From assembly GCA_963737155.1 (NCBI GenBank), contig CAVTRN010000001.1, positions 800,001 through 864,000 of the forward strand: a DNA stretch of 64,000 bases, in the 5' to 3' direction. This DNA is from Nitrospirota bacterium. GTDB lineage: Bacteria; Nitrospirota; UBA9217. The notes beneath the pieces were generated by a model, which saw only the letters and a list, made by a program, of their open reading frames with translations, had not been told where the DNA came from and did not search any database. The translations under genes were made by a program, and so were the position numbers. Position 1 is the stretch's first letter; every line of letters begins with the position of its first letter. Positions 35,376-45,220 of this stretch are shown one piece after another.

Positions 35376-36296
35376 CGGTAGCGGGTTCAATCTTGTCAGG
35401 CAAAGACCTTTCAATTGATATTTTTAACATTGCTTGCATATTTGCTTTATATATGGGTCATACATGTGCTTCTATAGAAACTATCAGAAGTTAATCAAAG
35501 CGACTAAAACTTTACAATAAAGGTCAGCCGCACATTTCTATGCACTATTCAAGTCGTATCCTGCATTTATCGCGTTTTGATTCTCTCATTTTGTATACGT
35601 CGTTGATAATTTTCTTATCGCGCTTATCAGTTTGGATCAAAATACTTAGATAAGCTACATCATCCAGATTACTTTCTGAACCAAACAATAATTACATTTT
35701 TTTACGAAATGATAGCACAAAAAATAATTCTCCTCGCGCTAGTTCGGTGTCTAACTCGTTTATGTAAAGACAATGTTGTGATTTAACCAATTTAAAGATT
35801 AAAACCCCAAAACACAATTCTCAAAACATTTAGTAGGTAAAAGGATAAAAAAAATATTTCGGGCAGAAAAATGGTTTTGCATCGTTTAGGTTGTTGTTAG
35901 ATTTAATAATAACGCCTATTTGCCTCGAATAAACGTAACAACAACGATAGAAAATGGGAAGGTATAAAATTTGCTACCAATTTTGTAGCATCTATAGAAT
36001 TTATCAATGAACCTCCCCGCAGCAAGCTGCGGTGTATCTATAAAAAAAAGACGATTATCGTTTGAGAAACCTGCGGTTTCTCAAACTCTTCCCTCTATGC
36101 GGTGCCCCTGTAGAAAGCTAGGGAATCGCGATTAAATAAGTCACCTTTTTTTGATGATAAAGCAAGTGATCGAATACACGCACATTAAGGAAAATATCAT
36201 AACGACTTTGGCAAAACGCACCTAACTCGGGTTGGCATTTTTGCCATTATGCTTCTTAGATTGTACGCATTCTTAACAGTTGCAAATGGAGGCGAA

Positions 36297-36488
36297 ATGC
36301 ATAATAACCAAGAGTCTAAGACCGACAAAGAAGAGCCAACAAAAAAGCTCAAGGAGTTGCTTACTGAGTTCAATAATATTGAAGCCAAGCTGAGATCGCT
36401 AGAACAGCATATAACCGAAATACGAAATGGAATGTCCATTTTAGTGTTGAACATGCGGAGCAAGGGAAACGGTGATCATACGCACTGA
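36297..36488 (+). CDS. Small coiled-coil hypothetical protein
   Basis: RBS GGAGG before ATG; heptad pattern LTEFNNIEAKLRSLEQHITEI. Confidence 0.35.
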   Translation: MHNNQESKTDKEEPTKKLKELLTEFNNIEAKLRSLEQHITEIRNGMSILVLNMRSKGNGDHTH

Positions 36489-36999
36489 GTCGCAGTAAGA
36501 CAGCGAATATGCGACAATTTCAGAAAACCATACTTTATTCAACAAACACGAGTATTTTAAGGGCAAACTGTGTCGAGGGGAGACAATAGGAAGAGACGAG
36601 CTGGTAACCGACTTACGAAGTTTTAGGAGATATCTTCGCGAGCGTAAAAAAATGACCCGTATATGTCATGCTTAGAATTGCAGAAATGGCAACAGGCACA
36701 CCCAACATCGGGCAACAAGATTGCAGGGGTTGATTAGTGAATTTTCTGTCAGTGATTTACAACTCAGGTATCCATGGCACGGCAACAGGATATACCGTCG
36801 GTGAAGGAAGTTGTGTTAAGGGAGCATGCGGCACAAGACCGCATCCGGGTCGTAGCAGAGAGTTCGCTGCGGCTCGACCTTTTTTAATCCCCATTACTTT
36901 ACAAGCGCTATTTCGCTCAACAGAACGTACTGATATCTATTCAAAGACTGAGAAAGGTAATTAGCATCGAGTTCTACCTTTCTGACAATGAATTTACGT

Positions 37000-37150
37000 C
37001 TACCTTTGTTGTTGGTCGATATGGAGGAGATGAGTTCATTATTCTTCCAGAGATGCGCAGCACCTTAATTGCAAATCTTGCCGAGAAACTCAGTCGAAGA
37101 GTAAGGATTACACCCTCGAGGGCCATTCAGTAACTATCAGAGTTGGTTAT
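37000..37150 (+). pseudogene. GGDEF diguanylate cyclase remnant
   Basis: GTTGGTCGATATGGAGGAGATGAGTTC encodes VGRYGGDEF; no intact ORF. Confidence 0.6.
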
Positions 37151-37307
37151 GCCAAAGAGACTCAGAAGAGCATCTGTACAACTTGCCGTTGCTTCTTAAA
37201 AAGCGGACATTTTTACTTTGCCTTGGCATACTCAGACAACGTCATTGACATAGATTAGCAGCAAGAATATATTCGTCTAATGAGGAGCTTGCTGTTATAA
37301 AGCAAAT

Positions 37308-37838
37308 ATGCGGATCGCTATATCAGGTACTCAATGTTCAGGAAAATCGACGCTCGTCGAGGCGTTGTCCGAAGCTCTCCCCCAGTATATGACCGTCGAC
37401 GAGCCCTACCATCTCTTGCAAGAGGAGGGGTACGAGTTTGCAGAGTTGCTCACCATCGAGGACTTCGAGATACAACTGGAGCGATCCATCGAGAGTCTGG
37501 ACGAAAAAGCTCCGAACATCATTTTCGACCGATGTCCAGCCGACATCCTAGGCTATCTTCTTTCGCATACCGACATTGAAGCGTTTGATCTCGAGGACTG
37601 GCTACCTCGCGTTCAAATTGCGATTAGGAAGCTTGATCTATTAGTCTTCTTACCAATCGAAGAGCCTGACCGGATAGTTCTACCATTGTCGGAGGACGCC
37701 GCGTACAGACAACGTGTGAACGAAAAACTCAAAGAGATTATTCTAGAGAATTCATTCGACTTCAAGGTGGACGTGCTGGAAGTCAAGGGTAGCGCGAAAA
37801 CGCGTCTTGAGCAGGTTTTAGCGCGTATCTACAATTAG
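37308..37838 (+). CDS. P-loop ATPase/kinase (NadR/Ttd14 AAA-like)
   Basis: MRIAISGTQCSGKST Walker A; IIFDRCPAD. Confidence 0.8.
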   Translation: MRIAISGTQCSGKSTLVEALSEALPQYMTVDEPYHLLQEEGYEFAELLTIEDFEIQLERSIESLDEKAPNIIFDRCPADILGYLLSHTDIEAFDLEDWLPRVQIAIRKLDLLVFLPIEEPDRIVLPLSEDAAYRQRVNEKLKEIILENSFDFKVDVLEVKGSAKTRLEQVLARIYN

Positions 37839-38294
37839 GGTGTCAGGCGTTATAAGAGAAACTCGGGAAGTCCAGACTCAGATTGTTTTTTGTATATAAA
37901 AACTTCCTGGTTTATTGTTGTCAAGTATTTTTGGAATAAAATAGAGTTTACTTGATTTATGGTTTTTGTTCTTGGTCACGATAAATATACCAGTAAGGGA
38001 TATCGCTCCAAAGTGATGGTTGAACAGGTTCTCAGTCCTTCGGGGCCAAAATTTTTTCTCACAAGTGCCCCAGTATCGGTTTCTCACTGGCAGTCCATAT
38101 CCTGATCACCCTAAACATTAATCTGTGCGGCACCTTGTCCAACCCTGGTAATTAGAGGGTCTCAAGAGAGTCCTGACCCTGCTTCATGGGGACAAAGGTG
38201 CAAGCGGGGATTATTGATTCTGTAGCCGAAGGTCGGCATGGCCGCCTTAGTGGAAGTTGAGATAATTTCCCCGCTTACACGCAAAGATTTTAAG

Positions 38295-39100
38295 TTATGC
38301 AGCCTCCTTGAACTGAAATGATGTCCTGGAGTAATCAAAAACACTATTATCTCGCACGATGGCAAATATGATCCGGAGAAGCTTACGAGCGACAGCGATC
38401 AAGGCCTTAGTTGATAACGTTCAGGACATCGTTTACTGATTTTATGCTCAGGACATCGTTTACCTTCAAGCATTTAGTACCTGGTGCTGAATGCTGAGTA
38501 GGTTATTATAGCCTTGTTAACACTGCTTAAAACTGATCGTTACATCAGTTAGCTAATTGTTTGCTAATACGCGATTAAACGATGTTGTGAGTGTTTTTTG
38601 AGTTAACGATGTCCTGAACGTTGTCACTTAGTCTTTAACATGCCCCGATCAAGGTATCTCTGATACTGATGTTCCATAACGCAACCTTGACGAACCATAT
38701 TCATCGCGGCAAAATATAAGAGTTTTCGCATCAGGGGGCGACCACGCTTGGAAATACGACGAGTCCCCCGGTATTTGCCGGAGCTGACTTCAAATAGATT
38801 CAGACCGGCGAGTTTCATAATTTCCCCGATGGTGCTGTACCTCCGAAAGTCGCCCACTTCACCGATGAGGCCAGCAGCGGTAACCTCACCTATTCCCTTG
38901 ATCGAAAGAAGAGAATTGCTGTAGGGAATCTGTTTAAGATGATGACTCATTCCCTTTTCCAGCCCTTCCGTAAACTTTTTAGAGGCTTCCATGGCAGCAA
39001 GTATCCCTTGGGTTTCGAGGAGGATGCTCGCTTGGCCCTCAACCACGCCTACGGACGCTTCCGCAAAGCCTCTATTCCTGTTTATATGCACTACCTCCCC
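38295..39100 (-). pseudogene. IS110-family transposase C-terminal remnant interrupted by a MITE
   Basis: LLSIKGIG, EVSSGKYRG..ISKRG; resumes after the MITE as KALIAVARKLLRIIFAIVRD to TAA 38295. Confidence 0.8.
38412..38626. mobile_element. 215-bp MITE with IS481-like ends
   Basis: IR TGATAACGTTCAGGACATCGTT / AACGATGTCCTGAACGTTGTCA; 6-bp TSD CTTAGT; internal repeat of CAGGACATCGTTTAC. Confidence 0.85.
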
Positions 39101-39172
39101 TCTGATGATCCTATAACCTTCGATCTGGGAGATTATATCAGTAACAGGTTCGACAGGATTGAGCAAGCTTAA

Positions 39173-39272
39173 GAGCCTGTTGCACAAATAGCCTTTTGGA
39201 TCATTTTGTAAAAAATATGTTCAATAAAATCAATGGTCGTATTTCACAAAAAATGGTTTGAGCAACAGGCTC
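39173..39272. mobile_element. 100-bp MITE (IS5/IS1182-like ends)
   Basis: IR GAGCCTGTTGC.CAAA / TTTG.GCAACAGGCTC flanked by TTAA on both sides. Confidence 0.8.
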
Positions 39273-39461
39273 TTAACATCGATAAATTAGATTAGCACGT
39301 AATTTTAGATGTTCTGCTGTCTGTCACGAATTCCTAGTCCGAGATTCACCCTCCGGCCAGAGCAGCATGATTATCGGTGCCAGTTATTGCCGCCATATTG
39401 ACTTTCCACAGGCGCAACTCTCAAAAAAAGAATTGATAGCTCGCCCCTGGACTATCAGCTT

Positions 39462-39905
39462 CTACGCAGTCTTGAGTTCCGCAGTACAGTGCGCACAACG
39501 GGTTGCTTTTATCGGGATGACCGACAAACAAAAAGGACACTCTTTCGTCGTGGGTGCTGCCGGGGCTTCGGTTTTCTTGAATTGGAGGCGGTTCGCCACG
39601 CGTATCATCAGGAAGATGACGAAGGCTATGATGACGAAATCAATGGCTGCATTGATGAACATCCCATATTTGATAATGGGCGCACCCGCTTTCTGTGCTT
39701 CTGCGAGGGTAGCGTAGGTTTCACCGGACAGATTCAGGTACAAACTGCCGAAGTCGACTTTCCCCACAAGAAGCCCGATCGGGGGCATAAGCACATCGTT
39801 GACCAGCGATGTGACGATCCTGCCGAAAGCCCCACCTATGATGACCGCTACAGCCAAATCAAGAACACTACCGCGCAAAACGAATTCTTTGAATTCTTTC
39901 AACAT
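39462..39905 (-). CDS. mscL: Large-conductance mechanosensitive channel with C-terminal Cys cluster
   Basis: [28 protein letters not shown]; tail ECPFC..RCAHC. Confidence 0.93.
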   Translation of the reverse strand: MLKEFKEFVLRGSVLDLAVAVIIGGAFGRIVTSLVNDVLMPPIGLLVGKVDFGSLYLNLSGETYATLAEAQKAGAPIIKYGMFINAAIDFVIIAFVIFLMIRVANRLQFKKTEAPAAPTTKECPFCLSVIPIKATRCAHCTAELKTA

Positions 39906-40661
39906 GGCTTGACCTACCTTCACAATGTAGATGAATAGTTCATCTACTTATTCTGCTGGTTTTTTTAATTCCTTAGTATGAAGACAATTTATTGGAGGAG
40001 GGCCTCTTGCTGTGATACTAGTGGAATTATATCAGAACCGTTGCATTATTGCAGCTCCAATTCTAAAAAGCGCAATAGTCGTGAATCGTAGTTTTATTTT
40101 ATGCATGATTCATAATTTGGAAGTTTAATCGATATGATTCCATAACATAAAAACATTTGAAGATTTTACATTGCCCTCTGGGCAACCATCCGCCATTTCT
40201 TTCCCAATCAGTTAAGCCAATAGTACATAAATTCTATGCCAGAATTCAGTGGATTTTACCCATTAAAGCTATTTTTTACTGTCTTGACATAGAATAATTA
40301 TTTTAGGTATGTTATTTTTCATAGGAGTCATCAAAAAGCGATAATTATACCCAAACGAGTTTTGCTGAGGGTCCCGCTCGGGGAGCCATCGCCACAAAAA
40401 GGACCGACTTCTTAGGAGATTGGCCATTTTTACATTTTATTCCATGGATATGGTCTTATGGATTAAATCAGAATTAGAGTTAGATAACTCCGGAAACTCG
40501 TCGATTAAACCACATTTACTGAATAGCAGTCAAACTCTAGGTATCGATTACATTACTACGGTATTAGTGAGAACACACCGGTACGTAGAGTTAGACCATA
40601 TATCTGCATATTCGATTAAGCAATTTTGTGTCACGATCATCACCTGGGTGCGCTATACCGA

Positions 40662-41213
40662 TCATGGTTTGGCGATATAAAAGTAATATTTGGCTTTGTA
40701 GGACGCCCTCGACTCTTTGCCTATCTGCGATTGGTTACAGCCTTCCGTAGGCGCTTTGCCACCGGAAGTATTTATACGCAGGATACTTAGCGTCTTACTG
40801 AAGATGCCGTTTCCCGAAGTTGATTTCGCACTCAGCAGTAACCATGGGATGGCATTGGGATCCGGACCATTGTCGCGCGCTCTAACCTCGCCGACCACTT
40901 TGCTTCCATCGTTCGACTCCCAAGTAGGGCCAGCGTAGTGCCTACCGATTTTTTTCCCAGCGCTATCGAACAGTTCAGCTTCCGGCGCTTTGAAGACCCA
41001 CTCGAACCGCGTCGGGTCGTCTTTACGGGCCTCGCACTCGTAAATCTGTACTCCGGCGGCTTTGATCTCAAGCGATAATACTTGAGTTGCTGGAACCCTG
41101 AGAGCTTCAGGAACCTCAGGCAACGTTCCAGCTTTAGTAGTTGAGAAACCCGCAATAAGCGGGACGAGTGAAACTCCGGCAATTGCCAATACGTATACAT
41201 ATCTTAGTTTCAT
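40662..41213 (-). CDS. DUF3455-like secreted protein
   Basis: Signal peptide; GVQIYEC, GRHYAGPTWE..DGS, AIPWLLL, TSGGKAP. Confidence 0.82.
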   Translation of the reverse strand: MKLRYVYVLAIAGVSLVPLIAGFSTTKAGTLPEVPEALRVPATQVLSLEIKAAGVQIYECEARKDDPTRFEWVFKAPEAELFDSAGKKIGRHYAGPTWESNDGSKVVGEVRARDNGPDPNAIPWLLLSAKSTSGNGIFSKTLSILRINTSGGKAPTEGCNQSQIGKESRASYKAKYYFYIAKP

Positions 41214-41546
41214 TGCTACAGGCCTCCGGTATTAAGAAGTTTATAGTTACAGCTCCTTACCATATTATTGAGCAGTTCTGGTTAACACGCTAAAAAGCGC
41301 GAAGTCCGACAATTAGATTGATTGTTTACATGTGTTGTTATGAATACATGACTGATTCGAATCTATGTCAATGTCTTCTAAAGGGGATGAATGGGCCTGT
41401 CAAATGGATTATTTAAATGTATATCGCTAATAAATATATAGACATAATGGTTGACAGTTGAAAAAGTGACCTGCCCCTTGTCACCGTGGGTTATACTTGG
41501 ATGCAATGGGTGTCCAAATACAGAGCCACAAACAAGGAGGCAGGTC

Positions 41547-42659
41547 ATGAAAGATTCTATCACAATCGTAGGACTCGATTCAGCAAAAAACTCCATAGCT
41601 GTAGCAACGGCCGAAATTGGCGGCAGCCAAGAGGTTCGCTACTACGGCAAAATCGGCGGCGACATGGCGTCATTGGACAAAATGGTCAGAAAGCTTGAAA
41701 GCAAAGGCTCAGAACTGCACTTCGTCTATGAAGCCGGGCCGTGTGGTTACGAAATATACCGCCATCTAACCAAGAGAGGTTACAAATGCACGGTTGTGGC
41801 ACCATCGCTGATTCCCAAGAAAAGCGGAGATCGCGTCAAGACCGATCGTCGTGACGCGCAAAGTCTAGCCAGGCTGTATCGGGCCGGAGAACTGACTCCT
41901 GTTTACGTGCCCCAAGAGGATGAGGAAGCCATGAGAGACCTGACCCGATGCCGCGAAGACGCAGTCAAGGCCCATCGCACTGCCCGGCAGAGGTTAGGCG
42001 CGATGCTCCTGCGGCATGGACACCGTTACTCTGGAGAAACCGCATGGACCCAAGCCCACATGCGCTGGTTGTCTGATATCAAGATGCCACACCCTGCACA
42101 GCAGATCACGCTGCAAGAGTACATCAACACGGTGAAGGAATGCGCAGAGCGTGTGGCCCGGCTTACGGAGCAGATTCAAACGCTTATGCCCACATGCCGA
42201 ACGGCCCCTGTTGCACTCGCAATCCAATCGTTACGCGGCATCGCGGATGTAACTGCCGCGACCACCATGGCCGAGATCGGAGACTTGGGACGTTTTGAAA
42301 ATCCCAAGCAGCTCATGGGATACCTTGGATTGGTCCCTTCCGAATACTCCAGCGGCGACAGCACCAGACGGGGTGCTATCACCAAAACCGGAAACACCCA
42401 CGTCAGGCGCGCATTGATTGAAGCGGCCCAAGCCTACAGTCTGCCGGCCCGAGTGAGCCGGGTAATCCTCAAGCGGCAGGAGGGGCTGCCGAAAAATATC
42501 TGTGATATCTCCTGGAAAGCCCAGGTGCGTCTCTGCGGACGGTTCCGTAAACTCACGGCCAAAGGGAAGCCCAGGAACAAGGTGGTAACCGCCATTGCCA
42601 GGGAACTATGCGGCTTCATATGGGCAATTGCCCGGGAAGTGAATCTCCAGAGCGCATAA
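41547..42659 (+). CDS. IS110-family DEDD recombinase/transposase
   Basis: VGLD, YEAGPCGY, KTDRRDA, SEYSSG, AIARELCGFIW; RBS AGGAGG. Confidence 0.93.
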   Translation: MKDSITIVGLDSAKNSIAVATAEIGGSQEVRYYGKIGGDMASLDKMVRKLESKGSELHFVYEAGPCGYEIYRHLTKRGYKCTVVAPSLIPKKSGDRVKTDRRDAQSLARLYRAGELTPVYVPQEDEEAMRDLTRCREDAVKAHRTARQRLGAMLLRHGHRYSGETAWTQAHMRWLSDIKMPHPAQQITLQEYINTVKECAERVARLTEQIQTLMPTCRTAPVALAIQSLRGIADVTAATTMAEIGDLGRFENPKQLMGYLGLVPSEYSSGDSTRRGAITKTGNTHVRRALIEAAQAYSLPARVSRVILKRQEGLPKNICDISWKAQVRLCGRFRKLTAKGKPRNKVVTAIARELCGFIWAIAREVNLQSA

Positions 42660-43170
42660 GAAGATTAACCCAAGAACAAGGCGTCACACAAAACTTGAGG
42701 GGGTATCTTGGCATGGACTGTCTCTGGAAAATCAATCCTGGGGCATTTATGAAAGAAAAAATCAACCCTCAAAGGTAAAAACCGCTCAAATCGTCAACAT
42801 AGGCGGAAGCATCGAGCTTTCCAAAGAACAGGATCAAAAACTTGAAGTCACCCGGTAACAATGGCGACTCAAACGACTGAGGCAAAACAAAGGAGGACGC
42901 AAGCAAACAATAAACAACCTCCAAGGCATAAGCGGGGACGCGGCCACGTTTACGGAGAATCCTCGTCCAAACTATGGAATAAGGCAATGCCGAACTTCCG
43001 TTAATAGAGCGAGGCAGCTCCGCGGCGAAGAAAGGTCTTGCGGTCAAACCCGCGAATATCAGAGTGATCAAACGTCGCACAAGTCGGCCCCGTCCCTCCT
43101 TACGCCTTGGAACATATTGAAACAACGAACCCTTTGAAAAAAAGGGGCAGGAGACTATTTTCCCTATTGA
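42660..43170 (+). ncRNA. Candidate bridge/seek RNA region of the IS1111-type element
   Basis: About 510-nt non-coding stretch between tnp stop and right IR, the location known for IS1111 guide RNAs; structure not verified. Confidence 0.5.
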
Positions 43171-43252
43171 CAACTGTCAACCATATCAGTTTGTTAACTT
43201 GATCGGTTTAAAGAACTGGCAACATCACTAGAAAAAGGATACACTTGCCGAA

Positions 43253-43873
43253 TTAAATTCGGCGCGCATTGTCATCAGGATAGACGTACTCCATGTGTTT
43301 GGCTGTCGCCCTGGCAACATTTTCCCCGTAATGGAGCGCCACTACCTTAAGTGCCATGTCGATGCCTGCAGAAATTCCAGCCGATGTAAACACGCGCCCG
43401 TCCACAACAACATGCTTGTCATATTCAACTTTTACAGAGGGAAATGAATCACGCATCCAATCCAATGAACGCCAATGCGTCGTAGCGTGGAGTCCGTTTA
43501 ACAACCCCGCGGACCCAAGAAGCATAGCCCCAGTACAAACTGATGATAACGTTTCAACCTCCGATGCACGATGCCGTAACCAATCAAGCATTGCGAGGTT
43601 CTGTAGTGCCTTCCGAGTGCCCCACCCGCCAGGAACTACAAGAATGTCCACTTTAGGGCAGCTGTCAAATGTATAGTCTGGAAGTACCCTCATACTCCCT
43701 GCTGTCACTACTTGAGATAATTTCTCCGCAACGAGTAATATTTCAAAAGGTGAATCCTCTTCGCGTCGTTTCTCTTCGTTTAATCGGGTTACGGAAAACA
43801 CCTCAAAGGGACCGCAGAAATCGAGTACTTCGACATCCTCAAACAATACAATGGCAACACGCTTTCTTTCCAT
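43253..43873 (-). CDS. DJ-1/PfpI family protein
   Basis: EVLDFCGPFEVF, VPGG, SVCTGA, ATTHW, TSAGISAGID. Confidence 0.92.
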   Translation of the reverse strand: MERKRVAIVLFEDVEVLDFCGPFEVFSVTRLNEEKRREEDSPFEILLVAEKLSQVVTAGSMRVLPDYTFDSCPKVDILVVPGGWGTRKALQNLAMLDWLRHRASEVETLSSVCTGAMLLGSAGLLNGLHATTHWRSLDWMRDSFPSVKVEYDKHVVVDGRVFTSAGISAGIDMALKVVALHYGENVARATAKHMEYVYPDDNARRI

Positions 43874-44575
43874 CAACTATGCCCTTTTAATTTTCCCCTT
43901 AGATTGATGTACAAGCATTCGTTTGGTTTTACACACATGTTTCAGTTGTCACATTTACCTGTGCCCACCATGCTCATGATGCAGTATATAGGAAGAAAAC
44001 TGCGCCGCATGTTTCAACCACGAAACTACACACCTTCTTAAACTATTTCTATTTCATGTCCACCTAAAAGGTAGCAATGTCACCCACTTGAAGGCGCACC
44101 GTCAAGAGAAACAGTCAACTTTTCTCAAGAGAAATGATATTTTCTTGTCGATGTTTTATCAGTCATCAACAGGCATACCATTGCTGTAGTTTCATTTAGT
44201 TTGTGTATCAGCAGTGCTGTACCACTTACCCATCTGGATTAAGGTCTTGTTGGTGATGAGCGGCTTTCAGCAGCACCCTTTCCCCGCTGAGCGGGGAGCA
44301 AAAAATCATCGGCTCCTTGCCGTGCCCATAAAAGATTATAACAATACTTGTGGTTTTTTTACCAGCCTCTGAGTGGTTCACGGCACGGGCAGTAACGATG
44401 CTGATGACCCTATAGTTTTGGGTGGAATGGTTTACCAATCAATTTTTTAGTCTTCCACCAGTGCACCTGGGTCCCGCTCCGGCCATCTTGTCATCATTAT
44501 AGACCTGCCCCCAAGATGGTGTTGCAAAGAAAGACGAGAACGGACCTGTCCCTAAGATGTTCCCTTCTAACCTCA

Positions 44576-44698
44576 CTACTTCGATCCAAACGTGTTCTTT
44601 GGCTGATGGTCCTTCTTCTGCTGTACTTCATGCTCATGCTTCATTATTTTCTGCTTCTGACTCTTATCTTTGCCCTTCTTGCCACCCTTGTCTCCCAT
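44576..44698 (-). CDS. Small Lys/Gln-rich protein (40 aa, MGDKGGKKGKDKSQKQK...)
   Basis: Strong RBS AAAGGAGG, ATG at 44698, TAG at 44576; below ORF-track cutoff. Confidence 0.6.
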   Translation of the reverse strand: MGDKGGKKGKDKSQKQKIMKHEHEVQQKKDHQPKNTFGSK

Positions 44699-44869
44699 CG
44701 TGCGCCTCCTTTTTACACCTGCATATAGTGCATGTAAGCAGTATACCATATTTATGCTTTCTAGTAGTTGCAGAGGACAGATTAGGGGACCTATTTCACG
44801 TCGCTTTTCTTGGCCCGCTTTTTTCGCTTTATTCTTCCTGCCTGCTAAGTACGCCTCCTCGGGCCTCCA

Positions 44870-45075
44870 TCTAAAAGAAATCCTGGCGAGCTGCTAGGGG
44901 AGGATTATATGCCTGATTACGGCTTAACAATATCAAGTTTGGCCGAGAAACTTGGGGTATCGCGTCAGACGATTAATGAACTGCTCCGTGAGCGGAGTTT
45001 GATTTCGCCCGCGATGGCACTACGGCTATCCCGGCTATTCGGCAATACGCCCAAATTTGGCTGAAGGCTTAGCAT
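44870..45075 (+). pseudogene. higA: HigA-family antitoxin remnant
   Basis: PGELLGEDYMPDYGLTISSLAEKLGVSRQTINELLRERS..MALRLSRLFGNT; no start, frameshifted end. Confidence 0.7.
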
Positions 45076-45220
45076 GCCGTTGATCTTTAGTATTCTCCGC
45101 TATTCTTTAAAGCGTCTATCCAATATGGAACTGTGGTGTGGCCGAGAAATATTGAAATTGTACCCGAGACGTTCTGGACCCGATAGGTGCACGAAGAGTC
45201 GGCCCTGTCCTCTATGCCAT

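Larger units (their letters stand above)
41440..43187 (+). mobile_element. IS110-family (IS1111-type) insertion sequence, apparently intact
   Basis: Subterminal IRs ATGGTTGACAGTTG (41447-41460) / CAACTGTCAACCAT (43171-43184); no TSD; long 3' non-coding region; exact ends inferred. Confidence 0.8.

Noticed and set aside
40322-40395. Possible third fluoride riboswitch (minus strand GGCGATGG...TGATGACTCCTA)
   Set aside because: Lacks GGAGTTCGCC needed for P1 and the pseudoknot; spacing is wrong and no terminator or adjacent gene start
34964-44131. CTCTTGAGAA near 34964 and its complement near 44122 as ends of a composite transposon
   Set aside because: Only about 10 bp match and no target duplication seen
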